Source of the DNA: Octopus sinensis
Lineage: Eukaryota
Assembly: GCF_006345805.1 (NCBI RefSeq)
Contig: NC_043018.1
Span: forward strand, 20,646,001-20,710,000
Reading direction: 5' to 3'
DNA: 64,000 bases
In this document: positions 52,065 to 64,000 of the stretch, in pieces
Numbering within the stretch: the first letter of the stretch is position 1
Layout of the letters: each line of letters starts with the position of its first letter
Position numbers and translations under genes: made by a program
The notes under the pieces: model-generated
What the model was told of the DNA's origin: nothing
Database searches by the model: none
What the model saw: only the letters and a program-made list of their open reading frames with translations

Positions 52065-53751
52065 CTGCAAAACGAGAAACAAAAGAGAGAGAGAAATGGT
52101 TTAAATCAAATTTCAATAATTTCATTATCAGACATTTAATGAACTTGATTAATTAAATCTTAAATGGTTATAGTTTATAAAGGGGGCATATGCAACTGTT
52201 TTATGTGACATACAAATCCTGGTTGAAAATCCAACAACTTTGGTTTGAGGTACAGTTTTAGATTTAACGTAGCAAAGACTATAAAATAATCAGATATCAG
52301 TAATGGAATCTCTATAAATTATAGTTCTGTCGTTAAGATTTATAGCTACAAGTTTATGCTTTGCCTTAGCTAATGCAACTTATCATCTTAGTCTATAGCA
52401 GTAACAATCCAACACTAGAATCATATGACTGTTACTTCTTAGAGTATACTATATACATATGTATAATTAATATTGATAAAGTATACAGACTATATAAATA
52501 ATAATATTCAGCATGTTTGAACAAAACCTCAGGCTTTGCAATGATGTGGGTATTATTTCAGAATGACCTTCTCCAAGAGAGACGTCTAAACAAAGACTAG
52601 GGGTAGGAGCCTCTCACATCCACCTGTTGGATGGCCATTGCCTTTATTGGGTTCATCTGTCCTTTGACAGGTTTTGCTTTTCATCTTACAGAGTGTCTAA
52701 TGTAAACCACATAACCTTACCAAGCAGGTTTGGTAGGATTGCCAGTTTAGTCACCAATAGCCTGATCACATGATATATTGCACTGGGATACATATTACCA
52801 GTAGCACTAAGAGTGACCTCTCTCTCTCACACACACACATCATCATCGTTTAACGTCTGCTTTCCATGCTGGCATGGGTTGGACGATTTGACTGAGGACT
52901 GGTGAACCAGATGGTTGCACCAGGCTCCAATCTTGATTTGGCAGAGTTTCTTCATCTGGATGCCCTTCCTAACGCCAACCACTCCGAGAGTGTAGTGGGT
53001 GCTTTTATGTACCACCGGCATGAGGGCAAGTCAGGTGGTACTGGCAACTGCCATGCTCAAATGGTGTTTTTTACATGCCATCTGCACAGACACACAAACA
53101 CAAATATACATACACACAAACACACACATATACACACACACAAACACACACACATATTTGTTTTTGTTTTTTTTTATAAGCGTTGAAATATATATTGTAT
53201 GATACAAAATAAGAATTTATATTTTTTCAATTGCAGAATTGCCATTAGAACAACAGAAATACTGGGTAAAAAAAACCCTTACAAAGTGGGAAAATTGGCT
53301 GTTTGTTGACAAATTTTTCCACCTGTAAGGGTAATTCACCCAGTGTTCCTGCTGTCCTAACAGCACCTCTGCATTTGAAAAAAATATCAGCTTATTTGTA
53401 TCACACACATCTTCACTGGTGCGAATCACTGGGTGCAATGCCTTTAAGGTTTTTAGTTAATTAAGTTGTTCAGAATATATTTCTGTTTATGAAAGGTGTG
53501 AAGTTACCTGTTCACACAAAGGGACATAACTCAATGCACAGTTTTACATCAGTGCACACACACACGCACACACACACACAAAGTTGTGTGGTTAAGAAGG
53601 TCATTTCGCAAACCACACTTTTCAGGTTCAATCCCACTGCATGGCACTTGCAGAAAGTGCCTTTTACTATATAGTCAGGGTTTCACTAATGCCTCGTGAG
53701 TAAAACTTGAAGACTGAAATCTGCACAGAAACAAATCATGTTTCTGTACAG

Positions 53752-54148
53752 AACCGTTAGCACGCCGGGCGAAAGCCCTTTGCGGTATTTTGTCTGCCGT
53801 TACGTTCTGAGTTCAAATGCCGCCGAGGTCGACTTTGCCTTTCATCCTTTCGGGGTCGATATATAAAGTACCAGTTACGCACTTGGGTCGATGTAATCGA
53901 CTTAATCCGTTTGCCTTTCCTTGTTTGTCCCCTCTGTGTTTAGCCCTTAGTGGGTAGTAAAGAAATAGGTATTTCGTCTGCCGTTACATTCTGAGTTCAA
54001 ATTCCGCCGAGGTCGACTTTGCCTTTCATCCTTTTGGGGTCGATAAATTAAGTACCAGTTACGCACTGGGGTAATCGATTTAATCCCTTTGACTGTCCTT
54101 GTTTATCCCCTCTATGTTTAGCCCCTTGTGGGCAATAAAGAAATAAGA
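53752..54148 (+). mobile_element. SINE family B dimer
   Basis: Family similarity. Confidence 0.75.
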
Positions 54149-54491
54149 AACAAATCATGTGTGTGTGTGTGTGTGGTGTGTGTGTGTGTGTGTGTACAAG
54201 CATGTATGAGTGTGCGCCTGCATGGATGTGTGTGAGTAAATGTTTGTATGTTTTCACTCTGGCACAAGGCAGTGGTGATATTTGTTTGCATAGTCTAAAC
54301 ACAGTCTGCAGTTCAGCAGTTCAATGTGAGAAGACCAACGAAGTAGAAAATAAGAGTTGGTGACAGGAAGAGCACCCAGCTATAGAATGCTGCCTCAAAA
54401 TGTTGCATGACAGTATGGAAAAACCTGATGTAAAAGTGACGCAATTTTTGTGTGTGTGTATAATATATATATATATATATATATAATGTAT

Positions 54492-54529
<38 letters not shown>

Positions 54530-55578
54530 CAGGTATATACTGTCAGTAATTACTCAGGGTAGGCAGTTGGTGACCTTTATGTAGTAAAACACACAAAAAG
54601 TAAGCGAAACACAGGCACGCAACTGAGATGGAGGCAGACTTACTTCTGCCTTTATAGTATGTAAAGAAAATGATGTTGTAAGACAGACTTATTTCAGTTT
54701 CCATCAAGCAAATTCTTCCATAAAGCACTGATAAGGCCATGACTACAGTAAAATATGCCAGACAGAGGGGACTGTACCTGAGGTCACGTGACAGAAATTA
54801 ACATCACAGCTACACAGCCATGCCTGCACACACACTTTCACACACACACACACACACACAAAAGGTTTCCACACAGTTTTGATTCACCAAATTCCACTCT
54901 CAAAACATGGATCAAATCAAGGCCGCAAAAGAAGACACTAACACAAAGTGTTGTACATGTATCAGAATTTACAAACCCATCTGACCACCTACAGTATAAA
55001 ATAGAAATAGATATAACTAACAAAGCCCGTCCTGTAAAGAGACCGTGGTCAGATGAGATGTTGTTTGGTTTAAAGATTCAGAAATGAATCGGGATTGTTG
55101 GCAAAATTAGACAAAACCTCAATGTTGTTCTAGGATAATAATTGTGAATCGGACAAGGGAAATTGAGACCCCTGTTGACGGTGGTAGCAGTGGTTTGTGT
55201 GCAGGTGTGTATAATATGCTTGCATGAACACACAAAAAAAAAAGTGTAAATGTGAAATGCAGATGTGTGTGCTGACATGCATATGCAAACATGCATGTAT
55301 GTGTGCATCTTGGTGCATCTTGGTGCTTCAATGTGAAGAAACATCAATTTAGATGCATGCATTTATTTGGACATGCAAGTATCGTGAACCATTCAGAGAT
55401 CCCACTACCATAATTCATGATAAATATTCAACCAATTTAAGGAATTCTAAGAATCTACCTTAATGTGGAATCTTACCATATGTCTTAATATATCAGCCTG
55501 TTACCATTGAATCTTACCTGTAATTTTTTGTAATTCTTGGTTGCATAAACACTTCAACACTAACTTCTTAGCATTTAA

Positions 55579-55789
55579 CCCTTTAGTGTTTAAACCGGCC
55601 AAATATATTCTACATGTTTTATATTCAAACTGGCGATATCTAGCCTCTCACTCCTAACCTACAATGCCATTCTGAAAATAAGCAATCACATCATTGAAAC
55701 CTCAAAGCTATAAGATAATGCATGATTAATTCAAAACAATTTGAGTGAAAAGGTATTACATTTAACAGAGTATTCTGAACACTAAAGGG
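55579..55789. mobile_element. piggyBac-like MITE
   Basis: TTAA|CCCTTTAG...CTAAAGGG|TTAA; a partial copy follows to ~55993. Confidence 0.8.
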
Positions 55790-56076
55790 TTAAACTAACC
55801 AGATCTGGCCCAAATATTCTGTTTTATGTTCAAACTGGCCAGATCTGGCCTTTCAAACCTACCCTACAATGTCGTTCTAAAAATACGCAATCACATCATT
55901 GAAGCCTTGAAGCTATAAGATAATGAAAGATTAATTCATAATGTGAATATATAAACATTACATACGACGGAGTAATTATGAAGACTAAAGGGTTAATGTA
56001 CCAAAATATTGAAATGTCTGTGAGATGAAGAAATGGCAGGGGCTACATGTGGAATTAAAAGAAAAAATTCATTTAC

Positions 56077-56180
56077 CATAGAAATAAGAAGTAAGGGTTT
56101 CCGTCCATAGACATCGGATGCAACTCCAATTATTGGGGAAGATATGAACTGTAACAATGAAAATATGGATCCAATCATAC
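56077..56180 (-). CDS. MFSD10: MFSD10-like exon 3 (GMIGSIFSLLQFISSPIIGVASDVYGRKPLLLISM)
   Basis: MFS motif A (GxxxDxxGRK); gttgttag| and ATG|gtaaat; 104 nt, phase 1->0. Confidence 0.95.
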
Positions 56181-57219
56181 CTAACAACAGAGAGAAAGTT
56201 TAAAGCTGAGAAACATGGATCCGTCGGATTAAGAGACATTTTAATATTAATTCATTTTCATCAGAATTGGAATCGTTACCAAAGACTGCATCTTTGGATA
56301 TTATGTTGGTGTCTGAATTCCTGACAAACGAAGCCTATTAATTTTCAGGTTTTTCTGGGGCAGTGGGGAGTTACAATTTTCATCATTTATCATCTTGCAA
56401 GGATCAGGAAAAATTTTCTACAACTGGATGCCCTTCCTGTCCCTAACTCTCAGCTGCTTCCAAGCGAAATTTAATATTTCCCCATAAACAGACATATTTT
56501 AACAGAAACTTAGAAATGAAACAGACATTAATATACAAACACCCACACACATAATGCCCCAATATTAGACTATTTTCTTTAGTCATTGCACAGTAATCAC
56601 TTATAAGCCTTAAGCTAATAAAATATTATCAATATATATATATATGCAATGGGCTTCTTTCAGTTTCCATCTACCAAATCCACTCACAGAGTTGAAACGC
56701 TGTTTGATTTTCCTTTTCAGCATTCAATGTTCACCATCCCACTTCCATTGCACACACACACACAAACATTCACATATCTCCCTTTTACATACACACATAT
56801 ACTCACACAGAGTTGAAATACTCCCACTACCATTTAGCCCCTTCCTTCCTTATTCATCTATCACCCCCTTCCTTCCTTATTCACATGTTGTGACAGAGAA
56901 AAACACAAGAGTATTATTACAGTATAAGATTACTATTGATTTGACTCAGGTTCGGCCTTATTCCTGGTAAGATTTATGTGGGTAGCGGGTTACTACCTGT
57001 AACCTTGGGCATCCACAAGCTTTCAATATCTCTCAAGTGCTTAGAACTTTTGATAATCTTGCCTGTCCTTAAGACACAGACTTTCTGTAGAAGTTCTACA
57101 GGACATTCTGTTCCAGTCTCCTTCAACCATTTGTCTATATCTCTGCTTAGAGTTCCCAATGCACCATTTATTATAGGCACAACCGTTACAGTTTACATAT
57201 TCCAAATTCGGTGGACTTG

Positions 57220-57392
57220 CAATTCAAAATGAAAAATTAAATTACACCATCTAGAAAATTACATATAAAATTTCAATATATATATACACATTTTATTTAT
57301 TATTTTGCACATTACTTAATCATCGTTATATTTAATCTTTCTATTATATGTAATTTTCTAGATGGTGTAATTTAATTTTTCATTTTGAATTG
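57220..57392. repeat. AT-rich inverted repeat (~47-bp arms), MITE-like
   Basis: caattcaaaatgaaaattaaattacaccatctagaaaattacatata and its reverse complement. Confidence 0.75.
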
Positions 57393-58440
57393 ATAAAAGG
57401 TGGGGTTTTTTTTTTCTAATTTATATATATATATACAAATATATATATATATATTCACATACATACACAATAGAATTCTTGTAAGGAACAGAAAGTTTAT
57501 TATTATTATCTAATTGCATAAAATAATTGCTTCATGACACTGGTAATAGGTGTCAACTCTTAGTAGCAAGCCATAAAATAGGTGCCATAGTGCTGTACAG
57601 CTCAGCATTACAGAAAACACAGGTATTTTACCTGCTGCCAATTAATTAACATTATTTAGTCAGAAAGGAGGCCTCCGTCTGCATGTCTCCGTCCATCTTT
57701 GTCTACGGCACAAAGCGACTCTCAAACAGGTGTTCGTGCTTTTGTCCATCTTGAATTAACCACACTTGATTAACAAGGTCACCAGACATTGCAAAAATCT
57801 GACATAATGGATTCGTTCGCAACAAATTATTTCTAAGCTATGGCTGAATGGACTGTTCGGAGATGCTCGTTAATTCCCATCAGTCAAGCGTGAATAAGGT
57901 GCAGCACTAGAAACTTTCAAGGGTGACAGTGTTAATGCAAGCAAACTGCTACAATAACAATGTCAAGAATAAGATTTCAAATGAATGTTGAATATTTGTT
58001 GTTAGTAAGAGAGAAAGGAAGAAAAATCAGAGTATTACATGCATGTTGTCTGAGAGTAGAATTTTCTCCTGGGGCTATTTCAGCAGTGGAAGGTCTTACC
58101 ATGTCCAAATGCACTTGAACATGTAAATATGATTCTAAGAAGGGCATCCAGCTATAGGTGTGTGTGTGTGTCATCGCCATCATCATCATCTGTTAATGTC
58201 CATTTCCCATGTTAGCATGGGTTGGACAGTTTGGCAGGAGCTGCTAAGGCTGGGGGCTGCAACAAGCTCCATGGACTGTTCTGGCAAGGTTTCTACAGCC
58301 TGATGCCCTTCCTAGTGCCAACCACTTTACGGAGTGTACTGGGTAGTTCCATTATGGTAAGATGAACAAAAACCTGCCTAGCCTTGTATCTTCATAGCAA
58401 GAAACTGAGCAGCTCTATCTTTATACAAAGTACATAAAAG

Positions 58441-58495
<55 letters not shown>

Positions 58496-59349
58496 CCAGA
58501 GTAAGCACATAGCATGGAAGGCAGATGTTAAATGATGATGACGATGATGAATATGCTACCAAGTATATCAAAAGTTTAGCACTCAATACCATGTTTTACT
58601 TTTGGTGTTAGCAGTGCATTGTTTTCATTTTTTGAGTGTATCTCTACAGATTTCTTTCTGCAGGATTTAGATCCGGCATTGAAAGTTAAGATAATTCATA
58701 TAGGAATACGTCCATGTAAACAATACAACCAAAGTTTTTAAAAAATAGGTATATTTCAGTTCAAATATACTGCTTTTGTTTCAATTCTGAAAATAATTAA
58801 GAATTTAGTAAAATACTTTGTAATTATTAATCTTGTGCTTGGAACATAAATCAACATGGAAAATTGATAGGTTTTAATTTAAATTACTTTTAGCAGAAAT
58901 TTTATATCACAGAACCAGAGGCAGTCTCAGGCGGGTTTTGCATCAAAAGGGTTAAATGAGTATCTTTAGTTTGTATATTGTAAAGAAAAACTTCCAAGAT
59001 TTACAGGTTGTTGTCGCTTTTTGCATACGAAAATTTTTTATCCATTCCACCTGTAATGGTACGGAAGTTCAGGTTGTCTAATGTGCCAGTAACCAAAAGA
59101 GGGGTGACACGTGAGTGGGAAAAGAATCAGGCTCTGAGGTCTTTTTATTCCTGTCTTGGTGAGGGCTTAGCAAACTTCTTCAGTGATGGCGCCACAAGAA
59201 AATGGCATTCACTGCATTCTGTAAAACTGTTGGTAACAGGAAGAGCATCCAGCCATAGAATCCAAGCCAAAATAATACATATGAGTGGCTCCCAATAAGA
59301 AAGGACTTGGATTGTGACCACCCATTCAACACAGCATGGAAAGTGGGAT

Positions 59350-59775
59350 GAGGAGGAGGAGAGGGAGGACAATGATGAAGATAATGAAGAGGAAGGCGAT
59401 GGTGAAGAGGATAATGATGGTGATGAAAAGGATAATAATGGTGAAAATGATGATGAGGATGATGATGAAGAGGATGGTGATGATGATGATGAAGAGGATG
59501 ATGATGATGAGGATGATGAAGAGGATGATGATGATGAGGATGATGAAGAGGATGATGATGAGGATGATGAAGCGGATGATGATGATGAGGATGATGAAGA
59601 GGATGATGATGATGAGGATGATGAAGAGGATGATGATGATGAGGATGATGAAGTGGATGATGAAGAGGATGATAATGAGGATGATGATGAGGATGATGAT
59701 GAGGATGATGAAGATGATGATGAAGAGGGTGATGATGACGAAGAGGATAATTATGGTGGTGGTGGTGGTGGTGAT
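59350..59775. repeat. (GAT/GAG/GAA)n trinucleotide tract, intronic
   Basis: Open in several frames on both strands. Confidence 0.9.
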
Positions 59776-60030
59776 GGTAGCTTTCCATTCCTTAAGGCAG
59801 TGCTCCAGCCAGGCTTTAGATGGGAAGGCTAAAAGCAAACTAAACACACGTGCACACACACAGAAATGCATAGTCATACATACAAATGCATGCACACACA
59901 TGCATACACACAGTCACACACACACACACACACACACAAATATCTTTAAAAAAGCCCACAAAGTTGTGAAAAAACAAGGTGCATTGAACAAAAAAAAAAA
60001 AAAAAAAGAGAGGTACTGTAATATACTGAC

Positions 60031-60127
60031 CTCCAAACAGAACCGTGTTCCATTTGACAGTGTTTGGTATTCCGACCAAAGCCTGGAAGTATCGGACAGC
60101 TTCTTCTAAGCTGAGATAAAGACGGCT
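60031..60127 (-). CDS. MFSD10: MFSD10-like exon 2 (SRLYLSLEEAVRYFQALVGIPNTVKWNTVLFG)
   Basis: aatttcag| acceptor, G|gtcagt donor; 97 nt, phase 0->1; NTVLFG resembles the family NSVLFG motif. Confidence 0.9.
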
Positions 60128-60230
60128 CTGAAATTGAGGGAAGATGTTTATTGAATTAGAGGAGAGGCAATGGGAGTCAGATAGTGAGTCGGGGAGTCGG
60201 TGATTGGGAAACAAGGAAGAGAAATACAGG

Positions 60231-60958
60231 AATTTTTTCGTCTGCCGCTACGTTCTGAGTTCAAATTCCACCGAGGTCGACTTTGGCTTTCATCCTTTCA
60301 GGGTCGATTTAATAAGTACCAGTTACGCACTGGGGTCGATATAATCAACTTAATCCATTTGTCTGTCCTTGTTTGTCCCTTCTGTGTTTAGCCCCTTGTG
60401 GGTAGTAAAGAAATAGGTATTTCGTCTGCTGCTATGTTCTGAGTTCAAATTCCGCTGAGGTCAACTTTGCCTTTCATCCTTTCAGGGTCGATTTAATAAG
60501 TACCAGTTACGCACTGGGGTCGATATAATCGACTTAATCCATTTGTCTGTCCTTGTTTGTCCCTTCTGTGTTTAGCCCCTTGTGGGTAGTAAAGAAATAG
60601 GTATTTCGTCTGCTGCTATGTTCTGAGTTCAAATTCCGCTGAGGTCAACTTTGCCTTTCATCCTTTCAGGGTCGATTTAATAAGTACCAGTTATGCACTG
60701 AGGTCATTATAATCAACTAAATTCGTTTGTCTGTCCTTGTTTGTCCCTTCTGTGTTTAGCCCCTTGTGGGTAGTAAAGAAATAGGTATTTCGTCTGCTGC
60801 TAAATTCCGCTGAGGTCGACTTTGCCTTTCATCCTTTCAGGGTCAATTTAATAAGTACCAGTTACGAACAGAGGTCGATATAATCGACTAAATATGCTTG
60901 TCTGTCCTTGTTTGTCCCCTCTGTGTGTAGCCCCTTGTGGGTAATAAAGAAATAAGAA
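60231..60958 (+). repeat. Four tandem ~184-bp SINE family B bodies
   Basis: Unit starts ~60235, 60417, 60601, 60785. Confidence 0.85.
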
Positions 60959-61851
60959 ATACAGGAATTAAAAGGGAAGGGGGGAATAGGTGAAGGATGA
61001 GGAGAAAAGGAAAGAGAAGAGAGGAAGAGTGAATTAGAAAGAGAGGGTGGTGGTGGTGGTCAAGAATGAGAGAAGGGGGGGGAAGTAGTCACAGAAAGAG
61101 AGGGGAAAGGAGAGATGTATAGAGAGAAAAAGGTCAAGAGGGTGGCAAAGGTATAAAGATTTAGTCAGGAGATAAACAGAGAGGTCAGATAGAGTTCAAA
61201 GTCACAGAGGTCAGCTTTGGCTTTCATCCTTTCAGGATCAATGAAATAAGTACCAGTTGAACGCCCGAGGGGGGGGGAGAAGGGGTCAATATAAATGACT
61301 TACCCCCTCCCATGGACTTGCTGGCCTTGTGCCAAAATTTGAAATTATTATTATTATTATTATTATTATTGTTATTATTATTATTAAGGTGGCAAGCTGG
61401 CAAAATTGCTAGCATACTGGACAAAATGCTAAGTAGCCCTTCTCCCTGCCCTTTATGCTCAAAGTTCAAATGCTACAGAGGTCCTTTACCTATCGGGGTT
61501 GATAAAATAAATACCAGTTGAGCACTTGGGGAAGGGATGGGTCAATGAAATCAACTAGTCCCCTCCCCCAAGATTTCAGGTCTGGTGCCTACAATAATAA
61601 AAATTATTATTATTATTATTATTATTAAGGTGGCGAGCTTAAGGTTTGAGAGGCAAACATTATTCCAGTGACAAGGAAGTGAAAACTGTAGTGAAGAAGT
61701 GGAATTTGAACTCAGGACGCAGTGACAGCTCACTGCCTTAATAATAATAATATAATAATAATAATATAATAATAATAATAATAACAATAATAACAATAAC
61801 AACAATAATAATAACAATAATAATAATAATAACAATAATAAAGGGTAAAGA

Positions 61852-62169
61852 CCCCCTTCGGTTATGAATGACCATGGGATTGCACCTAGAAAGTTACCCT
61901 CCTAGACATAAGTCCGGGCAAGGTTGTTTATGGAAGACCAGCAGTCGCCCATGCATACCAGCCTACCCTCTCCACGTCACTAGTGTTATCCAAGGGAAAG
62001 GTAAAACCGATACAGCTTGGCACCTGTGACGTCGCAACTCATTTCTACAGCTGAGTGAACTGGAGCAACATGAAATAAAGTGTCTTGCTCAAGAACACAA
62101 CACGCAGCCCGGTCCGGGATTCAAACTCACAACCTCACGATCGTAAGCTCGACGGTCTAACCACTGAGC
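61852..62169 (-). mobile_element. tRNA-derived SINE (distinct family)
   Basis: Minus-strand head ggctcagtggttaga...gtttgaatccc followed by ttcttgagcaagacac; flanked by AAT repeats. Confidence 0.7.
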
Positions 62170-62386
62170 CATAATAATAATAATAATAATAACAACAATA
62201 ATAACAATAATAATAATAATAACAATAACAACAATAACAATAATAACAATAACAATAATAATAATAATAATAACAATAACAATAATAAAAATAATAATAA
62301 TAATAAAGTCACCTCTCAGTAAACATAGCAATAACAATTCAAGAACATGAATATATAAAAAAAGAAATAATAAAATCTGGGATTAC

Positions 62387-62614
62387 CCGATCATGTTGCT
62401 GGTAATAATCAAGAATGGATGGCAGTAAAGGCAGAAGCAACGTGAATGCCAGAAGATCTATAATGAGTGAGACAAACACAACCAGTAGAACATATTTCTG
62501 TTGTTTGCAATGAATTGGTGAATTCTTCTCCAATGTTGAGCCATTTCTTTGAGTTTTGTCTTCAGATATCTTAGAGGATGGCTCCAAGTTGCAAGACCTC
62601 TTCCGGTGATCCAT
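62387..62614 (-). CDS. MFSD10: MFS transporter MFSD10-like, coding exon 1 (MDHRK...LIIDLLAFTLLLPLLPSILDYYQQHDR)
   Basis: ATG at 62614; TM1 DLLAFTLLLPLLP matches recalled MFSD10/TETRAN; donor CGG|gtaatc, phase 0. Confidence 0.9.
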
Positions 62615-62999
62615 TGGATGTCTGCAAAATCACGAAATATTAATCAACGGCGTAAGACTCTAATGTGAAGGCATAAAGCTTAATGGTGAAGGTATTCAGC
62701 TCATTATTGCCCACTACCTGAACACACGACAACGACCCATAGACTGTGGCCAAAATGCATCCAAGAAATTGACTTTATCAGATTTATCACAATTTATCTC
62801 TGACATAATGGAATTGAAACATAGCTCACAGTCACACACGTGTTCCAGTTCAGTGTATTTATACCACCAGAACTATCATCACAACCATTTACAACCACTA
62901 CCACAACTACTAAGACCACTACTATAACCACCACCACCACCAACACCATTCCCATCATTCCCTCCCTCCCACGACAATTATATTATCACCTTTTTCTTT

Positions 63000-63490
63000 A
63001 CTACCCACAAGAGGCTAAACACAGAGGGGACAAACAAGGACATACAAACGGATTAAGTCGATTATATCAACCCCAGTGGTAACTGGTATTTAATTTATCG
63101 TAACTGGTATTTAATTTAATAGGCGGCGAGCTGGCAGAATCGTTAGCACGCTGGGCGAAATGCGTAGCCGTATTTCGTCTGCCGTTACGTTCTGAGTTCA
63201 AATTCCGCCGAGGTTGACTTTGCCTTTCATCCTTTCGGGGTTGATAAATTAAGTACCAGTTACACACCGGGGTCGATATAATCGACTTAATCCGTTTGTA
63301 TGTCCTTGTTTGTCCCCTCTGTGTTTAGCCTCTTGTGGGTAGTAAAGAAATAGGTATTTAATTTATCGACCCCGAAAGGATGAAAGGCGAGGTCGACCTC
63401 GGCGGAATTTGAACTCAGAACGTAGCGGCAGACGAAATACCGCTAAGCATTTTGCCTGGCGTGCTAACGTTTCTACCAGTTCGCCGCCTT
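63000..63490. mobile_element. Nested, inverted SINE family B cluster
   Basis: Minus fragments flank a plus-strand full copy (63121-63356). Confidence 0.7.
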
Positions 63491-64000
63491 AATTATATTA
63501 TCACCATCATTATCACTACCACCACACCCATGAGAGAACCACTTCCACACTCATTACAACACTATAGACACCGACACCCCTACCACCACCACCAGCCTGA
63601 AGATGGCAGCACTGCCATGTTCCAATGTGGTTTGAAGAAAGAGAGAGCTTTCAGAAGGAATGAAAGACAAAAGCTGCGGCAATTGTGACGAAAGAGCAAC
63701 GACTGAGGAGATGATGGCAGTTGGGGAGGTTTGTGGAATCGGAGGGAGAGAGAGAATTAGTGGCAGTGGTGGGGAGGGGGGGGGAGACGTTGATGTGTAT
63801 GCATCTGCACACATGCATTTATTTATATACACATATGCACACATGCATATACATATGCACACACACATATATACATATGCACGCACACACATTTATAAAT
63901 ACATATGCACACACACACACACACATACACACATTTATATATACATATACACACACACACATTTATATATACATATGCACACACACACACACATTTATAT

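Noticed and set aside
56280-56334. Alternative candidate for exon 2 (ASFVRNSDTNIISKDAVFG)
   Set aside because: No family similarity; 60031-60127 fits the NSVLFG motif and the phases
59314-59832. 172-aa Asp/Glu-rich ORF, with overlapping poly-His and poly-Met ORFs
   Set aside because: Trinucleotide repeat open in several frames on both strands; intronic; no splice context

Overview
Repeat-rich eukaryotic genomic DNA, probably octopus/cephalopod (inferred from the SINE families and microsatellite load, not verified). One complete protein-coding gene can be assembled by hand on the minus strand: a 12-exon MFS transporter of the MFSD10/TETRAN type. Its CDS spans 62614->19907 (1437 nt, 478 aa), with GT-AG introns and consistent phases throughout. 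The rest is tRNA-derived SINEs, a CR1-type LINE 3' end, a mariner relic with a nested hAT MITE, piggyBac/pogo-like MITEs, Helitron-like elements and simple repeats. Almost all entries in the ORF track are microsatellite or SINE artefacts. The most notable signal is a set of hammerhead-ribozyme (HHR) motifs in several unrelated non-coding repeat families. First, a head-to-tail array of ~592-bp ORF-less units in intron 10 carries one minimal type I HHR per unit and is preceded by an inverted copy lacking the ribozyme (retrozyme/Penelope-like architecture). Second, a tRNA-headed SINE-like element with a minimal HHR occurs as fold-back pairs. Third, an intact minimal HHR lies in the sense orientation of the pre-mRNA. 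All folds were derived by eye; no activity is shown.
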